Source of the DNA: Octopus vulgaris
Taxonomy: Eukaryota
DNA: 64,000 bases
Direction of reading: 5' to 3'
NCBI GenBank assembly: GCA_951406725.2
Contig: OX597814.1
Coordinates: 63,488,001 to 63,552,000 of the forward strand
Below are positions 43,703 to 59,436 of the stretch, in pieces. A program made the position numbers and the translations under genes. The notes under the pieces are model-generated. The model was not told where the DNA came from. It ran no database searches and saw nothing but the letters and a program-made list of their open reading frames with translations. Every line of letters begins with the position of its first letter. The first letter of the stretch is position 1.

Positions 43703-45592
43703 TGTATGAATATATATGTATGTATGTATGTGCGTGCGTGTGTGTCTGTGTGAGTGTATGCGTATACGTATGTATATATGCGTGTGTCTACAAACGTTTA
43801 TATATGTGTGCAGGTGTGCTTCTGCGGGTAAGTGTTTCCTTCTCTCTCTGTATATAATTTTTTAAATATTTGAATGTTTGTATGTATGAATGTATGTATG
43901 TATGTATGTATGTATGTATGTATGTATGTATGTATGTATGTATGTATGTATGTATAGATTGATGGATGGATGGATGGATATATGTATGTATGTAAATGGA
44001 CGCATATATATATTTATATATATATATATGTGTGTGTGTGTGCATGAATGTATGTATTTTCTTAACAAGTGTAAAAAATGGAATACACTGATTTCATATC
44101 AATAATTATAGTTAATAATGAGTCTCATACCTTTCAATGTATATATAACCTGATCAAATAAGTTCTATTATATCGAACAGTTTGTTATCTTCACTCTACA
44201 GCAATTATCTTCAATCTACAGCAATATTTAGACATTCATAGAAAAGGAATTCGTTATTAAACTTCCCGAGCAATATGTTGTATTGTTATGTATTTTAATG
44301 ACAATATCATGTGCTCTCACAAATGGCATCCTAATATTTTCAAATCACCTTCACCATACTGCAATTTTCCTATTAATTATACTAAAACTGTGAAACAAGG
44401 TTGATGCCGTTGCAGTTTTGTCTTCGGTATAGTAGTTACTTACCGTCTTTGTCATATATAGGTGGTTACTTGAATGAATGAATTACAGAGTGACTACGCA
44501 TAAATGAATGTTTAGAGATAAGTTTATTTAAATAGATACTAATTCATTCCTTGTCATACATGTTTGAAAAGTAGAAGAACAATAGCAGTTTAAGAAAAAA
44601 AAAAAGAAGCAATAAAACGAAGATAAAAGACAGAAAAGAAAATGCAAGAAAATATATTTATAAAAAATATTCTAGAGTGGTATGTATCAGCTTTAAAAAA
44701 GTAAGACCCTGGCATAACCATACCGTTATATGATACAGCAATGATTACGTTATCCTATTTGCCCTTTCTATTTTTGTAAGGTGATTTGTGATTTGAGGGA
44801 GTTTCTATTCCTATTTCAAGCAATTTAATAGATATTATAGAAGTTATATTGTTTTATTTAATGTAAAATTTAGATGTGTGTCAAAGCCCTTTTAAAATAC
44901 TCAGGATAGATATATTATATGGTATAATCCACGATAGCAGATTGGTGTACATATTTGTAAATAATTTCCTGTCTGTAATAGGAAATTGTTTTTCTAAGGA
45001 GATTTCCATTACATAGAACTAAATTGAGCTGCAACTGCATGGAATACATTTCTAATGTGAACAAGAGTGACAATGCAAAACTATTACAACAAACATAGAG
45101 CAATTTTACAATTTACTATACGAAGTTATTGCATGCAATCGTAAAAACTGCACCAGAAACATATATATCGACACTGTTGCATCAGTTGAAATCTATTTTT
45201 CTGTTCTCCAAAGCAGAAAAAAACTACATCGACTTGAATGTAGCTTATAACCAGTTAGTTCGTCTGGGCCACGCTGCTTGATTCTAATATGTAAGGTCAA
45301 ACAGTTTAGGTAGACTGTTTAGGCATTATTAAAAAACAAAAAAACAAAACAAAGGCTTTATTTTTAAGATTTTATTTTGAGTTCGTTTTGGCATTTGTTT
45401 AAGAAATGCTTGTTGCATCTGCGTTGTATAATACTTTGTGTGTACTTGCAGACACTATTCTTATCTTTATGTTATGCAATTTCGAACGATTTATGAAACG
45501 CTCAGTACAAACAACGACTTACAAAGAATTCATCAGTTTCACAATTTGAGCGTTTTTGCTTTAAGTATTCAAATAAAATTAAACCATTTATT

Positions 45593-45911
45593 TATAGGAT
45601 AGTACGCAAACATGGAAAATTAAATTTGATACTTCTCTGTGTGCAAATGCTTAAATTTTGGAATTCTTCTTAATTAGGACGATTCTTTAATGACCTTGGG
45701 GTTTCTGTAAAGCCAAGAAAATCGAAACCTACTCTCTTCTGTGACCGACTCTCTTCTGTGACCTACAAGTTGACTCTTACTTAAGAGAGATTTAGTGAAA
45801 GCACTGTTGCCACCCTTAACATTAGTGAAGCTTTCGTCTATATCTGTTATGCGAATAACAGATACAGAGAAGTATCAAATTTAATTTTCCATGTTTGCGT
45901 ACTATCCTATA
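45593..45911. repeat. Perfect inverted repeat (45593-45640 / 45864-45911), an interrupted palindrome
   Basis: 48-bp arms are exact reverse complements; inner hairpin ATCTGTTAT-GCGA-ATAACAGAT. Confidence 0.9.
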
Positions 45912-46292
45912 GGTTTATCTCTTTCGAGATCCACCTCTCTAAATAGAGGAATTGTTTCAAGTTCCCTCGGAGTTTATAGATTCCTATGACGTCAGCAACA
46001 TACATATTCTCGCTGGTAAGAATAACATTTCTAAAATGGATAGAGAAATTTGAAAGATTGATTTGGTCCGACACGTTTTACAGGAGATGCGGGTTCGAGA
46101 CCTGTGGGCAACATTCAGTTATTCTTTTCAGAGGGATTTTTAACGCAATATTTAAATGTTATTTTCTGCAACTCTATATGCTTCGTGATAAATTGTTTCA
46201 AAAGATTACGTTTTTCGAAGCTTATAATTCTTATGGTGTGAACAATATATTTATATGTGCACGTTCGCAATTTTTGTCTGTATGTGTGTATA

Positions 46293-46384
<92 letters not shown>

Positions 46385-47001
46385 ATGGGTGGTGCCTGCT
46401 TTCACAGCCTGTGTGCTTAGTGTATGTATGTGTGCGTTTGTTTGTGTCTATGTTTATACAATCTTAATTATCTCTTCCGATAAGTAAATGGACTGATGTT
46501 TAATTGATATTGAAGGAGACAACTGTAACTAATTGAGGAGTAAACATATTAATGAGCAATAAATTAATCCTCAAAGTCGTAAATCTGTGTAAAACAGGGG
46601 TTTTCGAGACAATGTGTTGTTACTTTTTTTTTAACTTGTTAGTTTTTGAGTTTCACAATCAGTATAAAGTAAATATCTGGTTTCACCTGCCACACTTTTA
46701 GGGGTCACATTTACAACTTGCGATTACGAACGAAATTTAAATGTTTATGTCCTACATTATATTTTCATTTTCTGTAGTGGGTAATGAATCGCTAAATGCT
46801 TCGTATATGATGTAGCGGTTGTTGTTTTTGTTTAACGCAGAATAAGTTGGAACACGCAATCCAGTCTTTGTTGAATTTAAGGCTTGTGATGGCAAAACTG
46901 AAAATAATTAAAGACCAACCTTCTTCAGCATAAATAGAAGTAAATAGGCAGTCCTAATGGACTTACTACCCTTAGGTAGTAGATTCGATCCCTGGAATGT
47001 A

Positions 47002-48704
47002 ATAGTATTTTGAAGGCTATCTGTAGATTCGGTTATTTCAACTTTTGTTCTTGGCATATCCAGTGAAAAGAAAAGAAATTTCTATGTTCGTGGGAGCCAA
47101 CACTGAAGCCAGACGGGAGAATATTTTCAAAACTGATGAACCGTTATTCTCTCATTTCCTCTCTCAGCCAGTACTCTGTGAACTGATATAAAATTAGGAT
47201 ATCTTGGAGCTATGTTTAAACAAAGCAACAACATGAAGAAAAGCACAGGCAACGTTTTATAAAAGTGTTATGGACATTGACACACTCCACACTGTATGAT
47301 ATGACATGTTTGACCTCTTCAGTTTCGTTATTTACCCAGTGGTAGATCAAGAATGGATATATTTCGATTTTGTTACCGGAACTTATGCTACAAATGATAC
47401 AGTGCTAAAATATTTTGAAACGTCCGGCTTTAAATTGAATAGACATTGTATTCCTAGATGAATAATAGACAAAATGATTCGGTATTATTTTGAGAATCGT
47501 GATATTTCATGCCTTCTCTAAAAGTTATAAGATATATCACTATTCATTTTCAATATTTTAATACATTAAGGCGTCGAGCTGGCAGAATCCTTACCATACC
47601 GGGCAAAATGCTTAACGGTATTTCGTCCGTCTTTACGTTCTAAGATTAAATTCCACTGCGGTCGTCTTTCCGTTTCATCCTTTCACGGTCGGTCAAATGA
47701 GTAGCAGTTGAGTTCTCGGTTTGAAGTGATCGACTTATTCCCTCCACCGAAGTAGCTGACCTTGTGCCAAAAACTGAAATAGATATTTCAATGCATTCAG
47801 TAAGAGAAAGTGTGCAATTCTATATGAAACATGGCCTCGAATGCATAACAATCAAACTCACGCAGGCAAATGAATACCTTATCTAGTCAAATAAATAAAT
47901 GGTTTATCCAGTAGGCAAATCAATTCCTTAACCAGCAGGCAAATCGATGACTTATCCAGTAACTGTTGACGACTTAAAATAGTACTCCAGTTATTGCCCA
48001 TTCAGGTTTGAAAAAGTCAATACAATTAAAAGATAAATAAATCATTCAAAAGTTAAGAAAAATAAGAAATAAGACAGATTAAGAGTGCTAAATATTCAAT
48101 GTGACTAAGTCGATATTTTTGCCCCTATTATAATTACACCCATGTACATTGAAAAACAGGGACAAACAAGCACTTATAATTCATATATATAGTTCAAATA
48201 TATAAACTTAAAATTAATCTTGTCGCTTATTTGGCATATCTTGTCGTACTTAATGCTTTTCCTATGTGCGCACAAATACGTACATACATACATACATACA
48301 TACATACATACATACATACATACAAACATACATACATACATATATACATACATACATACATACATACATACATACATACATACATACATACATACATACA
48401 TACATACATTATTGGAGCCCTGGGATATGTAACACACTGACTAAATATCAATCTTCAGAAATTAGGCTTCTCAAAACCAGAAAGAATTATGCTAATTCGA
48501 AGACTACACATCTGATTCATCACTGGAACTGTAAATATATGCAAATCTTTCCAGCAACTCTCCATCCCACGTATCTCCTCTAGTTCACTGTAGTCCATTC
48601 TGCCTTTCCATTGTGCATATCCTTATCCGAACATGCATTTGTGTCTGCATCTGTGTGTGCTTACATGTGTGTTTGCGTGCGTATCTATGTGTATTGTATC
48701 TGTG

Positions 48705-48748
<44 letters not shown>

Positions 48749-49290
48749 AAGTTTTCTTACTATAATATTTGTATTTGTTTTCCTTATTTTGTTGTTTTTT
48801 TTCATTTGTTTACTTATTTATTTCTCTATTTTTTATCCCATTCCGTTTTAGATATGTGTATGTGTGTCTTCTGTGTGCGTGTATATGGGTTTATGTATTG
48901 TACTGTTTATACCTGTTCTCTTTTTTTCTTCTGTCATTCCATCTTTACTTAATTAAATGGGATAAGAAAACAAATAAAGTACACTGGAATAAATAGTATA
49001 GTAATAAAACCCACATGCACACACACACAAAACACACATACAAAACGCATAGACGCGTGAGCATGCTCACGCACACACACACACGCACACACACACACAT
49101 TCACACACACACATACACACACATATGCACACACACATACAGATGCAAGCGCATACGCCGATAAACTCAATACAGACTAGATAAAGGCAAAGTCAACTCT
49201 AAAGCATCTTAGTCCAATGATGCGTTAACTGGCCGAAACTTTGAGGTCACTGTCAACAGCATACTTGTTTAAGAATCATACATATATACA

Positions 49291-49343
<53 letters not shown>

Positions 49344-49364
49344 TAAAGGCGTGATCTAGAGATG
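47002..49364 (+). repeat. Local duplication, copy 1 (copy 2 at 55936-62464)
   Basis: Colinear from GTATTTTGAAGGCTAT.TGTAGATTCGG to (TA)n-CAGTAAAGGCGTGATCTAGAGATG; includes a SINE (47570-47780) and an RLE LINE tail (48410-48550). Confidence 0.9.
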
Positions 49365-49885
49365 CTTAATATAGAAGTCATGTGTTAGTGATCAATGACT
49401 TGAAATGAAACTCCGTAGTATTTATCGAGAACAAGGTCCATGCGCAAAGAGTGGCTATAATAAAAATCTAGGGGAGCTGTTTAGAAGAAAGTGATGTAGA
49501 TAGTCACAATTAGTTTTGATATATATAAAAATACACTTACGACAAATGCACATATAGATATATATAAGGATATATATAGCTACAAAACTAAATATATTCT
49601 GAAGATAAACTCGTATGTACAAGCATATAGATATTTATACATACTGACAAATAAATCTACTTTTACAAGGAGTATAAAATATACAGAAAACTAAGTGGAG
49701 AATGCACGGCTTTTTAACTCAGCAGCTTTTTTTGAACATTTCAACTATTCCGAGCTCTCAGAAACAGTTGTCAAATTATGAAGAAACATATATTTTCCCC
49801 TTTGTTTTCTGTACCTTTTTAAGCTCGATCTACAAATAAATGCTTTTGCCACTGTATATAAATATTTATGTGCTTTTACATATGT

Positions 49886-50498
49886 ATTTAGTGGTACCTA
49901 GCTTGCTTACCAACTACATAATTCCGGGATCATTCCTACTGCGTAGCATCTTGGGCAAGTGTATTCTAGTATAGCCTCGGGCCGACCAAATCCTTGTGAG
50001 TGGATTTGGTTGACCAAAACTGAAAGAAACCCGTCGTAATACTTTTTTTTCGTTCGGCTTAACAGCCCTTCTTGTCTTGTTATTTTCCTTGTCCTGTCTT
50101 TTACTGCTTATATTTTGTAATGTCGTTACTGTCCTGTTTTTGTTACCATGTTTACCCCTCTGCAAAAAGATCTCAAATTTTATTTGATTTGCTTTTCGCA
50201 GGAAGGAAAGTTTCTATCGAAGATACGTCTCGCCTTCTCCTTCGAAACGTAGAGTAGATGAAATCATGGCGACTGAAGAAGGGGTTTTTTCCTTGTGTTA
50301 TTTGTCCTGTACTCTATTTTTTTGTTGTTTAAGAAAAATGTCCAGTTCCTTGGGTTTGTGTCTATGTTTTCGTTTCTCATTGTGTTCGACGTTTTTTTGG
50401 TGTCCTGTACTCATATATGCGTGTATATATACATGTAGAGGTAGGTACTTACATATATGTATATATATATATGCACATCTTGTATTTATTAATATATA

Positions 50499-50534
<36 letters not shown>

Positions 50535-50784
50535 TGTATGTATGTATGTATATATGTATGTATGTATGTATGTGCGTGTATATGTTTGTGTGTCTGTGTT
50601 CGTGCCACCAACATCACTTGACAACCGATACTGGTGTCTTTACGTCCCCGTAACATAGCGGTTCGGCAAAAGAGACCGATAGAATAAGTACTAGGCTTAC
50701 AAAGAATAAGTCCTGAAGTTGATTTGCTCGCCTAAAGGTAGTGCTCAGGATGGCGCAGTCAAATGACAGAAACACGTAAAAGAG
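49886..50784 (+). mobile_element. tRNA-derived SINE interrupted in its central microsatellite by a ~440-bp insert (50038-50480)
   Basis: Head to GAAACCCGTCGTA at 50037; tail resumes GTGTCTGTGTTCGTGCCACCAACATCACTTGACAACCGAT at ~50590. Confidence 0.75.
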
Positions 50785-52695
50785 TATATATGTGCGCGTG
50801 TGTTTGTATCTATATATGCCAAGCCTAATCCTGTCTATCTGCATCTCCATATAGTTATACATATGTGTATGCATGTGTCGAGGTTTGGATGTGCATCTGC
50901 ATATCATCGTTTACTGCATTGTCCACTCAAATGGAAGACTAGAATTATATCTAAACATAAATTGCGTCATACTCTCACACAACTTTGCAGTTTAGCGTGG
51001 CCAATACGCTTATCAATGCCTTGAAAACTAAGTGTAGCTCAAATAGATAAGTGATTAAAACAGATGCAAGTCCAGCCAAGTTATTAAAACGTTACGTTTG
51101 GACTTCATGAAGTGCAGTATTTCATCCCAGTGTGTATAATCTTGAGCGAGTTTGCTTCATCATAGACTTGTGTCGACTCAAGCATCTTTATTAAAATTGA
51201 TTTCATGGAAGCTATATGAGAAACAGCCGAATGGATTATACCTGTACATCATCAGTGCAGCCTTTCCAAGCTTAATTTCGTACTGATTAGGCTTGAGAAA
51301 TATATTATGGATATATATATTTGGGATATATATCTCAGAGACGCATATCGCGTCTGTGGGATATGCGTTGATTTAACGACTAGGTAAAATAGTTACCATG
51401 AAACTGAATGATCATCGATGAAACCAATAAAGGACTTATCATGAGTAGGGACACGTTACTAGAATGAACGGCATATAATCCACTTATGAATACACCATTC
51501 AATATTTACCCTAACAGGAAATTATAATCTGTTATGAAAAATATTGAATCACATCACACTGATGACGGCTTGTCCTTTTAATGAAAGATCCTACGTCGGT
51601 TTCGACGATGAGCTTTCAGTTTCAATTAGTGACCTAATTGTTAATTTTACGCATATTCCACTGATCCGTGTATTCCCAAAGTAATTCTCGAGTTCAGTTA
51701 GCATGAAACTGTGTAACAAGGCTGCACTATGGCGTTACAGCTACAATCCACATAAGAGGCTTCTAAACAGTTGCTTTCGATTCATTTTCACTAAAAATGC
51801 TTGGTATGATGCACGGTTATGATAGTCTATACATGCTCAAGATTCCACATACTGGGATAGAAGACTGGACTTCATGATGACAAAACCAGCTACTTCAATA
51901 TTTTGTCTACAGATGCGTATCCTTTTTAACCAATCATGCTACATCATGTATGTAGGGCACTGCTATAAATTAATGCCTACTTTAGAGCAAAGGCTGCTAA
52001 GAAAGTTCGAGAAGCTAAGTATAATTCGTGTTTAAATAACTTTCTAAGCGTCTATTCCAGTAGCAATGTATGTATATACAGGCATGCACGCGCATAGATA
52101 CAATCTCATACATATGGACACACACACATGCATACACAACAAGATAAATATTCATCTATGTGTATGTATATATATATATGAACATAGGATATATATTAAG
52201 AGTTGTGCCAAGTAAGCGATACGATAACGTATATAACTTATCCAAGCAAATAAATTATGCATAAATGTTTGCGGGTGGACGTGGGCGTATGTGTGTGTGG
52301 ATTTTATATCATTATAGATGTATTATGTACTTTATCTTATCATTTCTTTATCACGCCTATCTTGTACTTTTTAATAAATCCTATTTCGAAATAAAATACA
52401 CTTCATTACCTTATCTTTGTTACGCCTGAATAATTAGTAATTGAGGCGCTATTTTCAATCATTAGATGTTGTTAGACAAGACACTAATCTACCTAATTTC
52501 CATTCGCCATTTTGAATGCTATGCATATAAGGTCACACTTCGTGCACATAACTTCAGGTGCGGTTGTGTTTATGAAGCATTTGTTTGTGTGTATGCTCGT
52601 ACGTGCATTTCAGATGAATCCTCTGTGTACATCTTGATTTATGTATACGCCCACAGAATTGCAGACACACAAACACACACACACACACACACACA

Positions 52696-52783
<88 letters not shown>

Positions 52784-55199
52784 TCTAGATATAAGATATT
52801 GTAAATTAATGCACCTCTTCTTTGCAGAACCGCCTTCATGAGATTACAGTACTGCATATCTGATATGTTTCTAGGGATATGTGGTACACTGATTTTCGTA
52901 AGGTAGTTTAATAACTGTACGGACAAAAGATAATGTCTACAACACCTGGAGGTGGTCGTCCCGTCTGTGGCATGTGGCACTTTATTTAATCAATGCAAAG
53001 CCTACCAGACTACCAACAGTATACACACTGAATGTACCAGCGTGAAAAAAGAAAAAGCCACCGGATGGCAACGGCTGAGAGGCTAGGTCTGCTCTATGAA
53101 AATTGATTTGGGACTACACACAAACAACTCAACCGATCAACCCAGTAAAGTATGATAATGGCGTCCTTTGATATCCTCAGTCACACGTACTGGAATTCTT
53201 TCCATTTGTTTTGCCTTTCTTTCTTCCTTTCTTTCTTTCTTTTTTTTCTTTCTTTCTAAAGGATTTTATGTCAGCCACAAAGCAGCAACATCTCTGCACT
53301 TGCATCCAAGAATCATGAACAAATATTAAGAACACGTAAGAAACGTTTAAAACATTTTGAATCACCATAGTAGCTTGAATGAGTAGGCTTCTATACAAGC
53401 AGATTATATGAGAGTTGATCAAATACGTCGCTCACCACTGGTATCAAACCTGGGACTGTATTAAACTGCGACAACGATAGTGAATGCTCAATATTCTTTA
53501 CTGTGAAATTGGTTAGTCTCTATCTTAACTAGTATAATTTTTTTATCCTTTTCGGATTTTTAAAATCACGATAACCAATGCAATTGTTTACCATGAGCAT
53601 CAGATGGGCGAGGTATTTTCTACCATAGGAAAAACCACCCCACAAACGACTCGAATTATATCCGACCATCCTTAAAGAAAGAACTAAACATTTGGATAAA
53701 GTGACTCTGGTTCTCTGCTCGTAAATAAAAGATGAATTCCTCCCATATTGTTTTAGACAAATATGATTTATGCCGCCTATATTTGATAGCGTGAGTAATT
53801 ACATATTCTGCCAGAAAAGGATGAAACTTGGCATAGTAATCCTAACCACACCAAGTATTTACTATTATGAAAAGAGCTAAGGATTGTCTTCTTTTTGTGT
53901 CTACTATCGAGAAACTAAAAGCTTCATATTATTAGAAACAAATATAAGCAAAAAGAGGATTGTACTGTCTGCACTTGAAGTGTATTTATATTATCTCGAG
54001 AGACGATCTTTAGTTTAAAAGATTTTTGAAATAAAGTACCTACTCTGATTTCCAGACTACATCCGTGTATTAATTCTAGTGTGAAGCCATCTGTGTCTCT
54101 CTATATATTACACTATTATGGCAGTACGATTTAAAAAATAGATATATTTAGTCATTATCATAAGTCATGTAAACAGTATACCCTTTCTTTAAGAAAAGGA
54201 CTGATTTTGGCTGTCAGATACTCAAAGGACGTTAACAAGTATTGCACCACACAGATTTGAAGAACTGTGAGGAAAAAGTTATCAGAGAAATACACACAAT
54301 GTTAAACTCTCGATCAGTTCTACTTGATAACGAGGACTTTGCTTTGGATGGGGTAATGTCAAATTGAAAAGAAACAGGTTGTGCCCCTGAAGGATTCCTG
54401 TCGTTTTTGGTGACTCTTTAGTTAGAGCTTTGGCCAATGCTTGATTTTGTATATGGGGACACTTTTCGTATAGGACATGATGGCTTTGACAGTTTCATCT
54501 GAATACCATAGTTCAATATTTTATCCAAATACGAGTCATATCTTTCGCCCTGAGCTTCTGTTATTAAGTGCAAGAGTCAGAGATAATACCGAGCTTCCTT
54601 TGCGGGCCCACTTTTGTTCCGTCTAATGACGGGGTCAGTGTGAAGGGAAATTTTATCAAGAAGCACATTTTTTGACGCTAGTAGCGAGAGTGTTCCCCCT
54701 CTTAAGTACTGAGATTATGAGGAACACTTTTCTGAAAAGTTGTTGGTTTATTTATATCATAAATCTTGTTTAGAAGTCGAATCAATATTCGTGGAGGAGT
54801 GGACTCTTTCAGATGATTGAGCGAAGGCGATATGTCCCTAGTGTACCACTGATTGTCAGTCTTATGAGGAATGGATTGGACATTATTAGCAGGCTGTCTG
54901 CTATTCTGTGGTGAAATACTGAGTCGTCGATAAGTCTAGTTTCACGTATCTCTTAGTTGCCAAAACCGACATCTAGACACTGGAGGTTTCCCCTAGAATG
55001 TAAACGGCTTGACAAGCCCCCTCAGAGCTTCCCAGGCAACGTCTCGATTGCTCTCGACGTGGAGGTTACTGAGTTCTTCATTTTGAAGCGACCTCTTGTA
55101 CGCGGAACATGTCAATATTCTTAGTGAAAATCGATTGATGCTTCTGGGCTGCTTGCATATCTTCTTTACCACTTGCTACCCACCTCGAAGTAGAGGTTA

Positions 55200-55750
55200 C
55201 TGTCTTCTTTGAAAGATACTAACTTCATGCGCAGGCTATCTTCTCTTCCTTAAAAGCAATTCCAGTACTATGTTTCGGTTGCCTTGGTTAGGGTGTCACA
55301 TACAGTACTGCAATTCTCTTAACCAAACAAATGTAAACTTGCATAAGTCAGCAACCTCTGTCACTTTACTCCAATCGATTTATTTCAACGATGGTCTCAA
55401 CTGAAGTAGGTCGATGATTTCAAGTACCCTAGGTCATATTTTGGTGACAATAAGAAAGACTTCCTTACATTCAAGGGAGTAGCTTTTGGTGTTTGTAACG
55501 GCTACCACAACATCTAGTGATCGCGTATTTCAAACTTAACAGAGCCTACTTCTTTCAGGGCACATAAAGAAAGCACTATTTTGTATGAAACCAAACCTTG
55601 GACAATGATGAATTATCTTCAAGATCGCATTCATGATACATACACAGAATTCTGTATATGGTTCAGAAATATCTCATGACGTGAGGAGAAAACTAAAGAG
55701 AAAATTTATGGCTTCACCCATGCCATTATATAAATGGTCTATTAAAACTT
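55200..55750 (+). pseudogene. Old RTE-type LINE RT remnant
   Basis: LK*VDDFKYPRSYFGDNKKDF..KG.A...C; later LYETKPWT..LQDRIHDTYT...NIS*. Confidence 0.5.
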
Positions 55751-58700
55751 TTGTTCTAATACAATATTTTAGGTTTAATTTTTTTCAACGCAATTACAAT
55801 ATGTCTTTCTTTTTCGACTGATTATGTCTAAACTGCAGTTCTCTAATTGTTACCTCTCTAACCCTTCTAGCTTTATTTTTTTCTACTCATCCTTTTGACA
55901 GCAATTGTGATTCAGTCTTGATTTTATTTTCCAGTATGGTATTTTGAAGGCTATTTGTAGATTCGGGCATTTCAACTTTTGTTCTTGCCAAATATCCTGT
56001 GAAAAGAAAATAAATTTCTGTTCGTGGGAGCCAACTCTGAAGCCAGACGGGAGAGTATTTTCAAAACTGATAAACTGTTATTCTCTCATTTCCTCTCTCA
56101 CCCAGTACTCTGTGAACTGATATAAAACTAGGATATCTTGGAGCTATGTTTAAACAAAGCAACAACATGAAGAAAAGGTTTACTTTTACACAAGAAAATA
56201 AAGCGAGGTATATCAATCTGCAAACTTTTTGCGTACTACGCATGATTCTACAGCTTCAGCTCCGGTGCTATAAATAATCTTTATTGAAAACCAAACTCGA
56301 GAGAAGACACTTCGGGTTTCATGCTTGTCAAGGCTAGTGAAATATCTGACAATCCTTTATAAAGGAATGATGAACATTTTTTGTCATGTCGATTATCTAA
56401 GCAGAGATATAGTAATTACTCAACATTGGGCAGATTCCTATTCATTATGTGTGACATGAAAAGTTTTGAGAGCAAAGCTGAAACTTAAACAAACCAATAT
56501 ATTTAATGATTTAAATTGCAAAGGCCTCCACACATATTGCATACTAGAACCAATATAAGGGTATATAGCCATGCACTGTTTGCTAGCAAAGGCAATGATT
56601 TATAAAAGATTTATGGCCATTGACACACTCCACACTGTATGATATGACCTTTTTTGACCTCTTCAGTTCCGTTATTTACCGAGTGGTAGATCAAGTATGG
56701 ATATATTTCGATTTTGTTACCGGAACTTATGCTACAAATGATACAGTGCTAAAATATTTTGAAACGTTCCGCTTTAAATTGAATAGACATTGTATTCCTG
56801 GATGAATAATAGACAAAATCATTCGGTATTATTTTGAGAATCGTGATATTTCATGCCTTCTCTAAAAGTTATAAGATATATCACTATTCATTTTCAATAT
56901 TTTAATACATTAAGGCGTCGAGCTGGCAGAATCCTTACCATACCGGGCAAAATGCTTAACGGTATTTCGTCTGCCGTTACGTTCTGAGTTCAAAATCTGC
57001 CGAGGTCGACTTTGCCTTTCATCCTTTCGGGGTCGATTAAATAAGTACCAGTTACGCACTGGGGTCGATGTAATCGACTTAATCTGTTTGACTGACCTTG
57101 TTGGTCCTCTCTGTGTTTTGCCCCTTGTGTGTAGTAAAGAAATAGTTATTTCGTCCGTCTTTACGTTCTTAGATTAAATTTCACTGCGGTCATCTTTGTG
57201 TTTCATCTTTTCTCGGTCGGTCAAATGAGTAGCAGTTGAGTTTGAAGTGATCGACTTATTCCCTCCACTGAAATAGCTGACATTCTGCCAAAAACTGAAA
57301 TAGATATTTCAATACATTCAGTAAGAGAAAGTGTGTAATTCTATATGAAGCATGACCTCGAATGCATAGCATTGAAACTCACGCAGGCAAATGAATAACT
57401 TATCTAGTCAAACAAATAAATGGTTTATCTAGTAAGCAAATCAATACCTTAACCAGCAGGCAAATCGATGACTTATCCAGTAACCGTTGACGACTTAAAA
57501 TAGTACTCCAGTTATTGCCCATTCAGGTTTGAAAAAGTCAATCCAATTAAAACATAAATAAATCATTCAAAATTTTAGAAAAATAAGAAATAAGACAGAT
57601 CAAGAGTTCTAAATATTCTAAACGACTAAGTCGATAATTTTGCACCTATTGTAATTAGACCCATTTACATTCACATACATGGAAACACAGGCATATATAA
57701 TTCATATATATAGTTCATATATATGAACTTAAAATTAATCTTGTCGCTTATTTGGCACATCATGTTCTACTTAATGCTTTTCCTATGTGCGCACAAATAT
57801 ATACATACATACATACATACATACATACATACATCATACATACATACATCATACATACATATATACATATATTATTGGGGCCCTGGGATATGTAACTCAC
57901 TGCCTAATCTTGAGAAATTAAGCTTCTCAAAACCATAAAGGAGAAAGCTAATTCGAAGACTACAGATCCAATCCATCACTGGAACTATAACAACTTTCCA
58001 GCAACTCTCCATCCCACGTGCCTCCTCTTGTTCAGTGTAGTCCATTATGCTTTTCCATTGTGTGTATCCTTATACATGCATTTGCGTCTGTATCTGTGTG
58101 TGTTTACATGTGTGTATGCGTGCGTATCTATGTGTTTTGTACGTGTGTTTTGTGTGTGTACGTAGGTTTGCTTACTATGATATTTGTGCCTGTGTCCCTC
58201 ATTTTGTTTATTTTCATTTGCTTACTTATTTATTTCTCTATTTTTATTCCATTCCGTCTTAGATATGTGTATGTGTGTCTTTTGTGCGCGCGTATATGGG
58301 TTTATGTATTGTACTGATTGTATCTGTCCTCTTTTTCTTCTGTCATTCCGTCTTTAGTCGCCATGTTACGTAGTGTGGTGGTGTGGGCGAAACAATAATA
58401 AATAAGTAAATAAGTAAACTAATACGTAATTAAGTGGGATACGGAATCAAATAAAGTACACTGGTATAAATAGTATAGTAATAAAACCCACATGCACACA
58501 CACACAAAAGACACATGCAAAACATAGTCACGCGAGCATGCTCACGCACACACTCACATTCACACACACACATACACACACTCATGCACACACACATACA
58601 TATGCAAGCGCATACGCCGATAAAATATACAACATAGAAACAGAATGGACTAAACAGAACAGGAGTTGACACGCTGGATGAAGAAACACTGAATAGATGG

Positions 58701-59436
58701 CTTGAAGTGTAAGGAGAAATTTAAGACAAACGTGCGTGTGTGTGTGTGTGTGTGTATGTGTGCGCACGCGTGTGTACATGTGTATGCGTTTCTGTATTTA
58801 AGTAAATACAGACTAGATAAAGGCAAAGCCAACTCTAAAGCATCTTAGTCCAATGATTCGTTAACTGGTTGAAACTTTGAGGTCACTGTCAACAGCACAA
58901 TTGTTTAAGAATTATACATATATACATGCATATATATATACCAACCCCAAAACACTTACAGGGGCCCACCACACCATTTCGAGAACCAAAGGGCTACAAC
59001 ATACAATTCTATGAAATACAATCCACATGACCAAACTAAAACTCCACCACCAAACATCCACCCTAGGAACCAACCATACAAACCTAACAAACAACAAATG
59101 CACTACAAAAGAAACAACTACCAACACAATATACCTGAAAAACTAAGACGGAACACTAGGTACAAAAGCACACTTCAAAACAGCACCACAAACTCACTCT
59201 GACAATTATAACAACAGGAGACAGATAAACAGTATTTTTGAACATAACTACACCAACCATTTTTTAGACCTAATGCACAGGAACAGGGACACACGATGGC
59301 AAAGGACAAACAAAAGAAACCTTAGGTAATTCAAATAATCAATCTCTCAAACAAAGAACTAACACCTAACGAAATAAGCATACTCTCCAAAGGACTTAAA
59401 TTTACACCAACCCCACAACGTTCTAATTACTATGAA

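Noticed and set aside
47863-47960. Four ~24-bp repeats (AGGCAAAT...TTATCCAGT), also at 57384-57481
   Set aside because: Degenerate minisatellite without unique spacers; not CRISPR, and the context is eukaryotic
51559-51595. CTGATGA...GAAA spacing (also 1993, 19808, 23696)
   Set aside because: No supporting helices I-III
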